Below the pieces are notes generated by a model, which worked only from the letters and a program-made list of their open reading frames with translations, searched no databases and was not told where the DNA came from. Shown piece by piece: positions 1 through 11,200 of a stretch of DNA of 64,000 nt; the stretch's first letter is position 1; every line of letters begins with the position of its first letter. The translations under genes and the position numbers were made by a program. Origin of the DNA: Azolla caroliniana (Eukaryota; Plantae; Polypodiophyta); contig JBHGNT010000010.1 in the NCBI GenBank assembly GCA_043228905.1, positions 13,392,001-13,456,000 of the forward strand, in the 5' to 3' direction.

Positions 1-980
1 CTGAATACAAATCACACATAGAATATATAGCTCTTCCTGCGAAAGCTTCTGCAATGGCATCTACAATCAGTCCAACACCGACGTTTTGAATAGTAACTCT
101 ATTGACAAGCTGTAAATCCTGAATGAACCTTAATGAACTGTTCTTTTTAGGTACAATAAACCACTTATTCGAGTAGGGGGCATTTAATGGCTCCAAGATA
201 CCCATTTCTAATTTTTCCTTAAGCAAAGCTATTACTTGCGGTATTTGAGCCCGAGGAATAGGGATAGGCCTTAAATTCCAAGGAATATGCGGAATTGTAA
301 ATATAATAATTGGTTCCACAATTGTTGAGTCTACACAACCAATTTCACTCGACTCAAATGCAAATCCTTTCCCATGACTAGCAATCATATTTTGAAAACA
401 TTGTATCTCAACAGGCAAAAGAAAATCATTCTCACCATTTTTTAGTTGATCTAGAGTAGCATTTGTAAACTTATGACCAATATCCTTAGAATCCCGCAAT
501 GTTGGCTCAAACACGACATTCTTTTTCATTTCAGTACTATCCATAGGTAGATGCATGGCCACGGGCTTGACCTTTTTGTCTATTGTTTTATATTTAGTGT
601 TAACTTTTATTACATAGTTATTTTTACTTGCTTTTTTAGCCATTTTATGATAGCTATTGCCAACTATTTCACTATTAGCTATACAACCATTTTTTTCAAT
701 AAAATCAGCAATATGAAGGTACATATCAACAGAATTTACATGAACAAATGTCTTGTCGCATTCTTTCTCATTCAAGCAATTTTCTAATATTTTGACTGTA
801 TCCACATCTGAATATTCAAGAAACATACCAAAAATTATGTCATCCCTGAAGTGCACAATGCATCCAACATATTCCTGGTCCCTTTATTTTGTGCATGACT
901 TTCAACACCAAAGTAATAGGTAAATCCATCCATTGTATTAGACAAAGTATTGATTGTTTTATTAATTGGAAAACATTTTT

Positions 981-1044
981 GCAAGGAAAGAAAAGCTTTG
1001 GGACCATTGTGTCCCTGCCCATCAATGATCCTATTTAAAAATCC
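981..1044 (-). promoter_or_regulatory. Predicted -1 ribosomal frameshift signal (G GAT TTT plus H-type pseudoknot), family A
   Basis: ORF ends TCG GAT TTT TAA; 6-nt spacer; stem 1 pairs 1031-1023 with 1009-1001 (9 bp); loop segment 1018-1012 pairs with 987-981 (7 bp). Confidence 0.75.
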
Positions 1045-3197
1045 GACTCATAAGATGACATATCATGCTCACATGAGTTAATTCGTAATTCTTCTTTATT
1101 TCTATCATGCTCTTGCCTAATAGTAAGAAATTGAACACTTTGTTTACCATCGGTACTTCGAATCCTAGCATATGTCGAACCATCTTCAAGCACCTTCGTC
1201 TCCATCCTAGAAGATGTGATGTATGGTTGACCAAGAATCACTGGGTATGACGAGGTCTTTTGGATAAAGAAATGTTGCTCCATTAGCACATCTCCAATGG
1301 TGACTTTGATGTTTGGGCAAGCTCCATGAAGTTGCTCGGTCGTTGAATTAGCCGACTTTACCCCTCCACCCATGATTCGTTTCCATTGGCCATTTGCCTT
1401 TCCTATAAATATCATAAGAAATTAGATTAATTTCTTAGCCATGGTCAATTAAGGCCACGATCGGATCTTCAAGGTTTTCAATCTTCACAGGTGTCTCGGT
1501 TGTTGCTCTTGCCCAATGTTTCTTAGCATAGTAGCTTTTTAGCCCTTTCAGCTTCTCTTCAAAAGTTGTCGGTGCAATAGCTTGTGTACCAACAATGGAA
1601 GAGCTTGGTTCACCTTTGAGGACTTCCACCGTTGCTTTCTTTACTTCACTTCCTGAGTTTTCAACGGCTTCAATACTTTGTCATTTTCTTTTAATTCCAT
1701 CTATTATTGCATCATGAAATTCTTTTTTCACTATGCCCAAAAGTTCCCTCAAGGAAAGTTCCACTTTGCTATCTAAAATTCTTTCTTCCAATACTTTTTT
1801 TAAATCAGTTGAAGATTCAATATCAGATAATAATTTGAACGAGGGACTCTTCTTATCCTTACCTTTTTCAATGTCAGGGCTTACCATTTTTGGACTTTCT
1901 GTCTCCCTCTTTTTAGCGCTTCTTAGCTCCCTCTTCTTGTTATCTTCATTTTCCGCCCATTTCCGTTTCTCTTCCATGATCACTTCATGGGCTTGGGTTG
2001 TTGCAACCTTTGCAAAAGCTGAGAGGCCATCCACTGGGTCTTCCCAACCAGTTTTGCTTCGGAGAGCATCACCTCCAGACTTCAACTTTTCAAATTCAGT
2101 TTTACCCTTTCTTGCAGCTTTCAAAATACACGGCCAAAATTTAGATTCAGATCCTCCTTCACCAACATGGATGATTGTAGTTGTTGGTTGATAGACAACT
2201 TGTGTCCTAGTAATTTCGGCGTCTTCGATGATCCTTCTCATACCACCTCTTCTAAAGTTAGTTTGGAGAGGTAATCGAGTTTTAGAAGAATGAATCTTAC
2301 CATCTTTGAAGAATAGTACCCCTCTTTCTATCGCTTCTTGATAGTTATCACAACCTCCTCTTGAATGGTCGACGCTATCACACCATATGCATCTCCTTTC
2401 ATAATCTTTTTGGGGTTGTGAGAATTTTTCTTCTTGTAGCTTTGCAACATGTAATGAAAGATCTTTTATACCTTTGATAAGATCGTCCATCACTGTTTCG
2501 GGTACCTTGGAAATAGTTGACGGACTCACAATATCCTCCCTGATGGTTGTCTTCACTTCATCTTTCATACCTCCGGCAATCAAAAGATCCTCACACCATT
2601 GGGCTCTTTTGCTTATTCTATTGCAAGCTTCATGTACTCGATTCCAATCAGACACTAGTCTAGTGGGTGTAGTCCGGTCTTCAAGGAATGCAACTAATTT
2701 TTCTCGATAGGATCAATCTGATGCCTTCAAGAATAATATGACCTTCTCTTGTTCCAAAAGATTCCTTTCAGTCGTCGTTAATTGATTATAACGAGCTTCA
2801 AACTCTTTCAACAACTCCATCACCGAAATCTTCTTGTCCTCTTTGTCCACCCAATCCAAGAAACTCCTCCTTGATGCTCAGATTGTATCACCAAGCATGT
2901 ATTCATTTAATAAAGCTTGCTCAAATGCAGCCCAATCATTAGAACTTGTTGTGAGTTCAGAAACTCTATTTCTCAAAGGAAGTTCAACCATCCTCACAAA
3001 ATTCATTTGAACATCATGTTGATTTAATCCTTTACTACCCATCTCAGTAACATATACTTGTAAGAATTTAGTTATATTTTTACCTTCAAAGAGACCTATT
3101 TTCTCTACAAGCTTGTCAATAACATGATCGATTCGTTGAAGAGCAGTTGCACATTCTTGGCTTTGCATCATTCTTTCAATCATTTGAAGCACCACGT

Positions 3198-3985
3198 TGT
3201 CGTAGTGTAGGTTGCACACTATGTGGAAATTATATTTTTGTCCCTCCGGATAGAGAATGGAGTGCTCGGTGAGAACCGGAAGAAAACGGCATAGCGGCAA
3301 GGAGGAAAACGGCATACCGGCAAGGAAGAAAACGGCATACCGGCAAGGAAGAGCCGGATAAAGAGACATAAATGTAAAAAAAGAAGGAAATACTCACTAC
3401 TGCGCAGGGCGTGATTCGAACTCTGCACCTCCACGTTGACAAACCCCAACCTTACCATTACATTAACTTATCTTAAGTGTTTTAAATATAGATTTAATAC
3501 GTATAAGACCTTTATTTATGCATACCTTTATTAAAAGGTAAATCGTGTATTTTTTTAATATATGAAAAAGACGAGACACTAAAAATAACTCATGCACATC
3601 TAGCGTGCATGAGCCCTATACTTAGGAAATAAAAAAGCATCACATGAACACTTTTTGTAAAAAAAAAAAAAGCATGAAGCCATGCTTAGCTCTTCTTTCC
3701 TTATATAAGGAGGAGAGAAATATGTAAAGGGTTGTTGGTTATTTGGATTAAGAATTAATCAATACAAAAATTATTCGTGGGATTCACGATTTATACATCT
3801 ACTTCTCTCTTAACACCCTAAGTACCAATTAATATAGTATATTCGTGTGATTCACGAGTTTCTTATCTTTCTCTTTGCTATTTACTCATAATTAATCTCT
3901 ATCTCACGAACTTCTTTCTCCTAGTCCAAGACCTCTGTGGTTCCCACCCGACTCACGCAACGATCCGGAGCCGAAAGGCACGACA
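3198..3985 (+). repeat. 5' LTR of family B (788 bp), with short ~24-bp tandem repeats at ~3275-3355
   Basis: TG..CA; 3' half duplicated at 7153-7576. Confidence 0.92.
3376..3465 (-). ncRNA. tRNA-like Pol III cassette inside the family B LTR (putative)
   Basis: Minus strand TAATGTAATGGTAAG...GAGTTCGAATC at tRNA-like spacing (~45 nt), followed by a T7 run; no clean cloverleaf. Confidence 0.45.
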
Positions 3986-3989
3986 CAGT

Positions 3990-4007
3990 TGGTGAACCCG
4001 ACGTGAA
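3990..4007 (+). other. Primer-binding site complementary to the tRNA-Trp 3' end
   Basis: TGGTGAACCCGACGTGAA, 4 nt after the LTR; reverse complement of the plant cytosolic tRNA-Trp 3' end (...TTCACGTCGGGTTCACCA) as I recall it. Confidence 0.85.
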
Positions 4008-4023
4008 GACGGGTGGCAAGGAG

Positions 4024-6063
4024 ATGGAGGCTCAACAAGCTAACAATATGATGGCGATGTTCGAACGGATGCTTCAAGAACAACGCACGATGTCGGAGAT
4101 TTCGGCATCAGTAGAGCGGCTCGTGCAACGCAACGGGCAATTTAATGGTAAGGATGTGTCGCGATATTTGCAGGACTACAAGGCGGAGATGCTCCGGTGC
4201 CGGGCTTCGGAAGGACTGCAAGTGACATCCTTTAACCGGGTGGCGACCGACGGGCTTCAAGGGAGTATCCACGGGTTGCAACAACAAAATCCGACGTGGG
4301 AAGCATTCGAAGAGGCGTTAAAGACCACGTTTGCCATCGAGGACTCCTCCAAGGCAACGCGGAGGGGATTCGAAGATTGGGTGGAAACGTCAGGTAAGGG
4401 GCTGAAGGTCCTCGAAGTGTTTTCGACATTCGAAAGTCGGTTCGGGAGGTTGTCCGCGAGAGATCAAACTATTCTTGCACCGGACAAAGTCATCATGTTT
4501 TTGCGAGCTGTGGACGTCCGGGACCGGAAAGATCTCGGAGTGCTTCTTGAGGACACGACCACCGAAAGCGGCCTCACCGAAACATGGGAAAGCGTGCGGG
4601 ATATCGTCGCGCGGTACACGAAGAGGGGGCAATGGCTTGCCAACGAAGAAAAGAGGGTTTCGGAACCGATTCCGAAACCGAGAACGGGACTGGAAGACCA
4701 TCAACCGAGGGCTCGGGAGATTACGGCCGAGAAGGGAGTCGACGCGTCTACGGTGGAGCAGCTGCTGAAGGAGATGGAGAATCTAAAGATCGCGATGGTG
4801 AAGAAGTCGGATGACCGCCCCACAAGCTCCAAATATACGGATCGACGGTGCATATGGTGCGATAGCGCCGAACACGATCGGAGGGATTGCGACGACCATA
4901 AGGAGGCGCTACGACGGGATCTCATCTACTACGAGGGAAACCGGATTCATTCGATGGACTCTCGGAAACCACTCCGACCGAACTTCCGGAAAGGCGGCAT
5001 GAAGAAGGTGCTCGAGGAGGAGTTAGCGGCAAGAAGCAACTATGCGACAACCGCGGGAATATGTGTCGGGGAGTCATCGGGAGCGAAGGCGTCTTTCTGG
5101 CCGGAGGTGCTAGGAAACACCGAGAAAACCGACTCCAACGATATCCGAAACACCGCGGAAGGCGTCCGGGAAGCTACGGGATGGGAGTGCCCTGTCGACA
5201 AGAATAGCATATACGCCCTGTGTCAATTACATGAGGTGTATGTGGACGAGAAACGACGGCGCACGGAGGATGCGGCCGGACCATCGAAGATACCGGAAAG
5301 CTGGAACTCCGGAGGTAAGGGAAAAGAAAAGGCGACTCCGGCATTCAAGCTCGCCTCGGACATAGAACAACAAACCGACTTGAAAAGAGTGTTCGAGGAA
5401 AGAATCTTGGATAGCCGGGTAGATTTTTCGCTGCGGGAACTACTCGGAATAGCGAAGAAGGAGTTTCACGATCTTCTCGTGGATCTCGTGAAAAGGAAGA
5501 GACAAAGTACGGAGGAAAATGCTCCAAGGGTGAATGCAAATACCGTTTCAATGAACGACACCGAAGTGGAAGGCGAAATTCCGAACTCCCACTATACAAG
5601 GCCACACTGGGCACGTGCAACTACGGAGACTCCGGTCCGAATCGGCAACATCAAAGAACCCGTGCTAGCATTGATTGATCACGGATCGGAGATCAACTTG
5701 ATGTCCAAGGAGTTCTACCGAAAGGGGAAGTGGCCTATAAACACCAACCATGGATGGAAGATTCGGGCAGCCACGAAAACGACAGAAGACCTATTTGCGG
5801 CTTGTCCGGATGTGACGGTAAAGATCGGGGATGTCGAAATTGACCAAAATTTCTTTGTGCAGGATGAGGTTTCACATTCTGTCATCCTCGGCCAACCCTT
5901 TATCACGGCTTCACGGATGGAGACGAAGGTGCTCGATAGTGGTGCGGCTTTTGCGCGAATTCGGAGCCAAAACGGAGGGAAATCCGTCCAATTCCTAACG
6001 GTGCCGGCAAATCACGGAAGGAACAAGAGGGAACTCTTGCCCCAAGTGAGAATGGATTTTTAA
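4024..6063 (+). CDS. Gag-protease polyprotein of family B (ORF track starts at 3937; first ATG after the PBS is 4024)
   Basis: Open frame with CIWCDSAEHDRRDC knuckle, aspartic protease ALIDHGSEINL and ILGQPF. Confidence 0.9.
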   Translation: MEAQQANNMMAMFERMLQEQRTMSEISASVERLVQRNGQFNGKDVSRYLQDYKAEMLRCRASEGLQVTSFNRVATDGLQGSIHGLQQQNPTWEAFEEALKTTFAIEDSSKATRRGFEDWVETSGKGLKVLEVFSTFESRFGRLSARDQTILAPDKVIMFLRAVDVRDRKDLGVLLEDTTTESGLTETWESVRDIVARYTKRGQWLANEEKRVSEPIPKPRTGLEDHQPRAREITAEKGVDASTVEQLLKEMENLKIAMVKKSDDRPTSSKYTDRRCIWCDSAEHDRRDCDDHKEALRRDLIYYEGNRIHSMDSRKPLRPNFRKGGMKKVLEEELAARSNYATTAGICVGESSGAKASFWPEVLGNTEKTDSNDIRNTAEGVREATGWECPVDKNSIYALCQLHEVYVDEKRRRTEDAAGPSKIPESWNSGGKGKEKATPAFKLASDIEQQTDLKRVFEERILDSRVDFSLRELLGIAKKEFHDLLVDLVKRKRQSTEENAPRVNANTVSMNDTEVEGEIPNSHYTRPHWARATTETPVRIGNIKEPVLALIDHGSEINLMSKEFYRKGKWPINTNHGWKIRAATKTTEDLFAACPDVTVKIGDVEIDQNFFVQDEVSHSVILGQPFITASRMETKVLDSGAAFARIRSQNGGKSVQFLTVPANHGRNKRELLPQVRMDF

Positions 6064-6117
6064 AGCGGACTGTTGCGGAGTGGGGAAGTGATAGTCCGAG
6101 AAGCCCTGATACCCCAC
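6054..6117 (+). promoter_or_regulatory. Predicted -1 ribosomal frameshift signal (G GAT TTT plus H-type pseudoknot), family B
   Basis: Heptamer 6054-6060, 5-nt spacer, stem 6066-6076/6088-6098, loop GTGGGG 6080-6085 pairs with CCCCAC 6112-6117; the -1 frame is open from 6060 into the RT ORF. Confidence 0.82.
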
Positions 6118-7157
6118 ACAGGAAGAAAACTCTCGGAGCAAAACAAGTACGAATCGGCCCGGATGGGGCATCTACGTATACGGCCGTAACCGGAGGAATG
6201 AAGAAACAATACCGACAAGTGGAGGATAAGTTACGGTCGGCATCAATAATAAAAGAAGACGAAGAAATCGTGGGAGTGATCGAGGAAGTGTTCTATGGGA
6301 ATACACTACAACGGCTTGAAGAGCTTGCGGAAGATAAAAGCCAAGGGAACCGGGTAGTCCCGGTGGAATCGGTCGAGATGTACGAGATCGTTGCGAAAAT
6401 GGGGCCGGATGCGCTCCGCAAAGAAGAAGCAATGGTAAGTACGAAATACAAGACCGTGGAGAAGAAGGTGAAACCGGCCGCGGGACCACTACCCGCCGAT
6501 AGCGAACAAAAGAGGAAAGAAGTCTCGGGAGATCCGACACTTCGGAAGACCGTGGATATCGGACATGCCTTCACAGATGAGACCCGGAAGAAACTTCGGA
6601 TCGGTGGAGGTGGGTTCCTCTTACAAGAAGAAGAAAAACGGTTTCGAGAGATGTTGGAGCAACACGGCAAAGCATTCGCGTTCACATCGAGGGAGATCGG
6701 ATGCATTGATCCAAAGATAGTGGAGCCGATGGTGATTTTCACGATTGATCATGTACCGTGGAACTTGAAGCCGATTCCGGTGCCACGGGCGCATATTCCG
6801 AAAGTCATCGACTTGCTCAAGGAGAAGGTGGCGATGGGGATTCTAGAGCCATCAAGTGCTCCGTACTCAAATCGATGGTTTACGGTTCTGAAGAAGAATG
6901 GGTCACTACGATTCATCCAAGACTTGCAACCGGTGAACAAGGTCACGATCCGGAACTCGGGAGTCAGTCCGATAGTGGACGAATTCGCGGAAGCTTTTGC
7001 CGGACGTGCGATATACTCCATCGGGGACCTATACTCGGGGTATGACCAATTCCAACTAGCCGTGGAGAGCCAAGACATCACCACCATGCGGACACCGATA
7101 GGACTAGTTCGAATGTGCACACTACCACAAGGAGCGACAAACTCGGTTGCACATATG
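6060..7157 (+). pseudogene. Truncated pol (RT N-terminal half), reached by -1 frameshift and cut by a deletion into the 3' LTR
   Basis: RT motifs KKNGSLRFIQDL, DLYSGYDQF, LPQGATNS; joins LTR sequence at ATATG 7153-7157, before the YxDD motif. Confidence 0.9.
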
Positions 7158-7576
7158 AAAAAGACGAGACACTAAAAATAACTCATGCACATCTAGCGTG
7201 CATGAGCCCTATACTTAGGAAATAAAAAAGCATCACATGAACACTTTTTGTAAAAAAAAAAAGCATGAAGCCATGCTTAGCTCTTCTTTCCTTATATAAG
7301 GAGGAGAGAAATATGTAAAGGGTTGTTGGTTATTTGGATTAAGAATTAATCAATACAAAAATTATTCGTGGGATTCACGATTTATACATCTACTTCTCTC
7401 TTAACACCCTAAGTACCAATTAATATAGTATATTCGTGTGATTCACGAGTTTCTTATCTTTCTCTTTGCTATTTACTCATAATTAATCTCTATCTCACGA
7501 ACTTCTTTCTCCTAGTCCAAGACCTCTGTGGTTCCCACCCGACTCACGCAACGATCCGGAGCCGAAAGGCACGACA
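7153..7576 (+). repeat. 5'-truncated 3' LTR of family B
   Basis: Matches 3560-3985; the only difference I saw is an A-run of 11 versus 13. Confidence 0.92.
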
Positions 7577-7683
7577 ACGTTGATTTGTGGCTCCACAACG
7601 ACTTATTGGTTGATTCATGGCTCCGAGACTACTTGTTGGTTCTCCATCTCTCTTAAGTTCCCGTTTCACATCGGGTTCACCAC

Positions 7684-8257
7684 TGTTGCGTTGATCTCGG
7701 CGTATGAGAGAAAACGAAAAGAAAATCGCGTATCTGGGAAGTAAGCACCGGGCTTCTTGTCAAAGAAAGGGGAGAAACAAAACTAACTTGTATTGATATC
7801 TGAAGATGATTACAAAATATTTCTTGTACAATAATATAGCTTGTCCCTCCTATTACAATAATATTCCTCATCTCCTGGTCTCCCCTTCACTCTTTTCCCT
7901 TTCCCTCTTTAAATAGGTGCCCCCATGCATATGATGCATGTGAGGGTAGAAGATATGCATGTAGTGCATAAGTACAAACATTGAAATATAGTTTTAAAAG
8001 AACAAATGTCCTAGCCTAATGGTATGTTCCTTGTGTTTGGTATGTGAGGTCGTGGTTTCCAGTCTCTCGAATGTTATTCAATACAATATTTTAGTTTATT
8101 TTTCTATCATGAAGCAAATCCTTCACGACACCTAAACCCCCACACACTCCTATTTATCGAGGCCTCGCACTTTATATAACCTTTTACAAACATTTGAATA
8201 AGCTCATATAAATTGGTAGAGGTTCTTTTCTCATCGTGGCATGGAAATGTCACGACA
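7684..8257 (-). repeat. 5' LTR of Gypsy family A
   Basis: TG..CA ends, directly followed on the minus strand by the PBS; homologous to 31988-32529 and 29142-29360. Confidence 0.85.
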
Positions 8258-11200
8258 ACGCTCTTCATCCGGAAATCTTCAGGGGGGGCTCCTTTCTCTC
8301 AAGGGGTATCTTCGGCCTCCATTCAGCACGGTCGGTTCTTCTTCGACTTCTTCGGTTGAATCAAATTCGGTTCCTCATTCGGCCGGTTCCCCTTGTTCTT
8401 TAGTTAGTTCTCAATTTTGCCGAGTATTAAATCGGTCGGCTAGCTCGGATTTGATTTCGATCGAATCGACTTCTACTCAATTTGGCCGAGCGTTGACTCG
8501 GCTCAATTTGGTAGTTGGAGACTTGTTCTCAATCTCCCAATCGACAATCGTCTTCTCTTCCATGAAGACGATGTCTTAGCTCTTAATCACCTTCTTCTCG
8601 GGTAAGTTCCATAGCCGATAGCCAAATTCATCATCGTTGTAGCCGAGAAATATACGTGGCCGAGATTTCAGATCCAACTTCCCCCTCTGATCCTTTGCAA
8701 CATGCACATAGGCAAGACAACTGAACACCCTTAGATGTCGGTAGGAGACATCTTTGCCACTCCACATCCTTTGTGGAATATCACCGTCCAAGGGTATTGA
8801 GGGTGATCGGTTTATCACATACGTTGTCGTCATCAACGCCATAGCCCAGAATGTCTTCGGTAACTTTGCATGTGCAAGCATAATTTGAACCCTCTCCATT
8901 ACGGTCCGGTTCTTTCTCTCGGCCAGCTCGTTTAGCTCTGGCATCTTCGGCATGGTATACTCGAGCCGGATTCCTTGATTTCAGCAATATTCCTAGAACG
9001 GTCCGCGGTACTCTTCGCCATTGTCCGCTCGGACTACCTTCAGTTTTCGATTGGTTTCTCTCTTGGCCCTCGCTTGGAACTCTTTGAAGACGGATAACAC
9101 TTGATCCTTCATCCTCAGCACGGAAGCCCACAACTTCCGACCACAGTCATCAATGAAGGTCACGAAATACTATGAACCACCATGTGACTTCGTATCGACA
9201 TAACATACGTCTGTATGCACGAGTTTTAACGGCATTTTCTTCCTCATTGGGGGCCTTGCTCGGAAGGATGTTCGATTCGGCTTGCCAACCAAGCAATCTA
9301 TGCACTTCTCAAGCTGCACATTCTTCACCTCCAGAATGAGGTTGTCCTCGGCAAGCTTTCGCATCCCCTTCTGGCTCATATGGCACAACCTCCTGTGCCA
9401 TAGTTCACTGACTGTGTCAACTACCACGTTTTCTTCCCCTCGACATATTCGAGCATTCATTATGTACAATGTGCTGGTTTTCCAGGCTCGAGCCACGATC
9501 GGGCTCCCCTTGTAGAACTTCATGACATCGCTCCGGATGCTACCCATGTAGCCTTCATCATCCAACCAACCGGCTGATATCAAGTTCAATCGAACTTCCG
9601 GAACCTGCCGAACATCTCTCAGCACTAGTCTGCACCCGGTCGATGTCATAAGACACACATCTCCTATGCCGACGATTCGGCATGCTCCCTCATTTCCCAT
9701 TTTTACAAGATCATCGTCTCCGACCATGTATGATGAGGAGCACTTTTGGTCGAGGGTAAGGTGAAACGACGCACCCAAATCGACCACCCATGTCAATTCT
9801 TTGCCGGCGAGGTTGACATCATTTTGTTCACTGATGAACAACAAATCCTCTTCACTCACGATGATTGCTGAGGTGTTCTTTCTGTCTAGTGTTTTCTTGG
9901 GCTCTACACCATTAGCTCCCTCTTTCTCCTTTCAAAAGTGTTGACAATTCTTTTTGAAATGCCCCGGGTTCCCACAATAGAAGCACATGGGCCTTCCCCT
10001 CAACTTCGACCTCGTCCCCGACTTATCTCGATTCTGGGGGCTTCAATTTCGGCCTCGTCCTCGAATCGTGTCACCGAGGGCCTTCGAGTCGGTATTGGAC
10101 TCTCGATCCTTCAGACGACCTTCCTCATTCAACAAGCTCGACTTCACCTGCTATAGGGATAAGTGTTTCCCTTCTGGCCCGACGTTGCCCAATGTGACAA
10201 CTAGCGCCTCCCAGCTGTCTGGAAGGAATCCCAGCAACAACAATACTAATACCTCGTCGGCAAGAGGTACTTCTAGAGAGGTGGTTTGGTTCATTAGTCC
10301 TTGGAAGGCATTGATGTGCTTTGCCATACTGGAGTCATCTTGATACCGGAGTCTCACAATTTTTCAGAATACTGAGACTCGATTCACGATGTTCTTAAGT
10401 GTTTCCCTTCTGGCCCGACGTTGCCCAATGTGACAACTAGCGCCTCCCAGCTGTCTGGAAGGAATCCCAGCAACAACAATACTAATACCTCGTCGGCAAG
10501 AGGTACTTCTAGAGAGGTGGTTTGGTTCATTAGTCCTTGGAAGGCATTGATGTGCTTTGCCATACTGGAGTCATCTTGATACCGGAGTCTCACAATTTTT
10601 CAGAATACTGAGACTCGATTCACGATGTTCTTAAGTGTTTCCCTTCTGGCCCGACGTTGCCCAATGTGACAACTAGCGCCTCCCAGCTGTCTGGAAGGAA
10701 TCCCAGCAACAACAATACTAATACCTCGTCGGCAAGAGGTACTTCTAGAGAGGTGGTTTGGTTCATTAGTCCTTGGAAGGCATTGATGTGCTTTGCCATA
10801 CTGGAGTCATCTTGATACCGGAGTCTCACAATTTTTCAGAATACTGAGACTCGATTCACGATGTTCTTATTCTCAAAGATTACACAGGACATTCACTTCT
10901 GTTTCTTCGCCGAAGTTGTTGTATAGACTCATGTCTATAAAACACTTATATATGCGGCCGCCTTCAAATGCAACACTTCCCAAGTTGCTGCATCGATCTT
11001 GTCTGGCCTTTTATCTACGAACTGCACCGGTAGCCAGAGGTCTTTGGACACAAGCATGTCTCTCATCTTCGACTTTGACACTGAGTGTTGGAGACGAGTA
11101 ACTTGAACATGTCGTCAAACGAGTCTTCTATCGTTTTGATACCACTTTGTTAAGAATCGACCGGGTGCAAAAGAAACAAGCAGGATAATGCACAGACAGA

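Larger units (their letters stand above)
3198..7576 (+). mobile_element. Young, internally deleted Ty3/Gypsy LTR retrotransposon, family B
   Basis: TGTCG...CGACA ends; 4-bp TSD ACGT (3194-3197, 7577-7580), and removing the element restores the host sequence seen uninterrupted near 31875-31895; 5' LTR 3198-3985; PBS 3990-4007; 3' LTR remnant 7153-7576 nearly identical to 3560-3985. Confidence 0.95.
1..8257 (-). mobile_element. Degenerate Ty3/Gypsy LTR retrotransposon, family A (5' LTR 7684-8257, gag-protease-RT; runs off the left edge), interrupted by the element at 3198-7576
   Basis: LTR starts TGTCGTGAC on the minus strand at 8257; tRNA-Trp-like PBS at ~7665-7682; gag ORFs 2878-3197 and 1681-2655 (CIWCDSVDH..C knuckle); protease ALIDHG (1435-1629) and ILGQPY (1035-1415); RT remnants at 1-600. 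Stops and frameshifts present. Confidence 0.9.

Noticed and set aside
3376-3465. Possible true tRNA gene (GTC in a loop-like position)
   Set aside because: Acceptor, anticodon and T stems do not pair; kept only as a tRNA-like promoter cassette.
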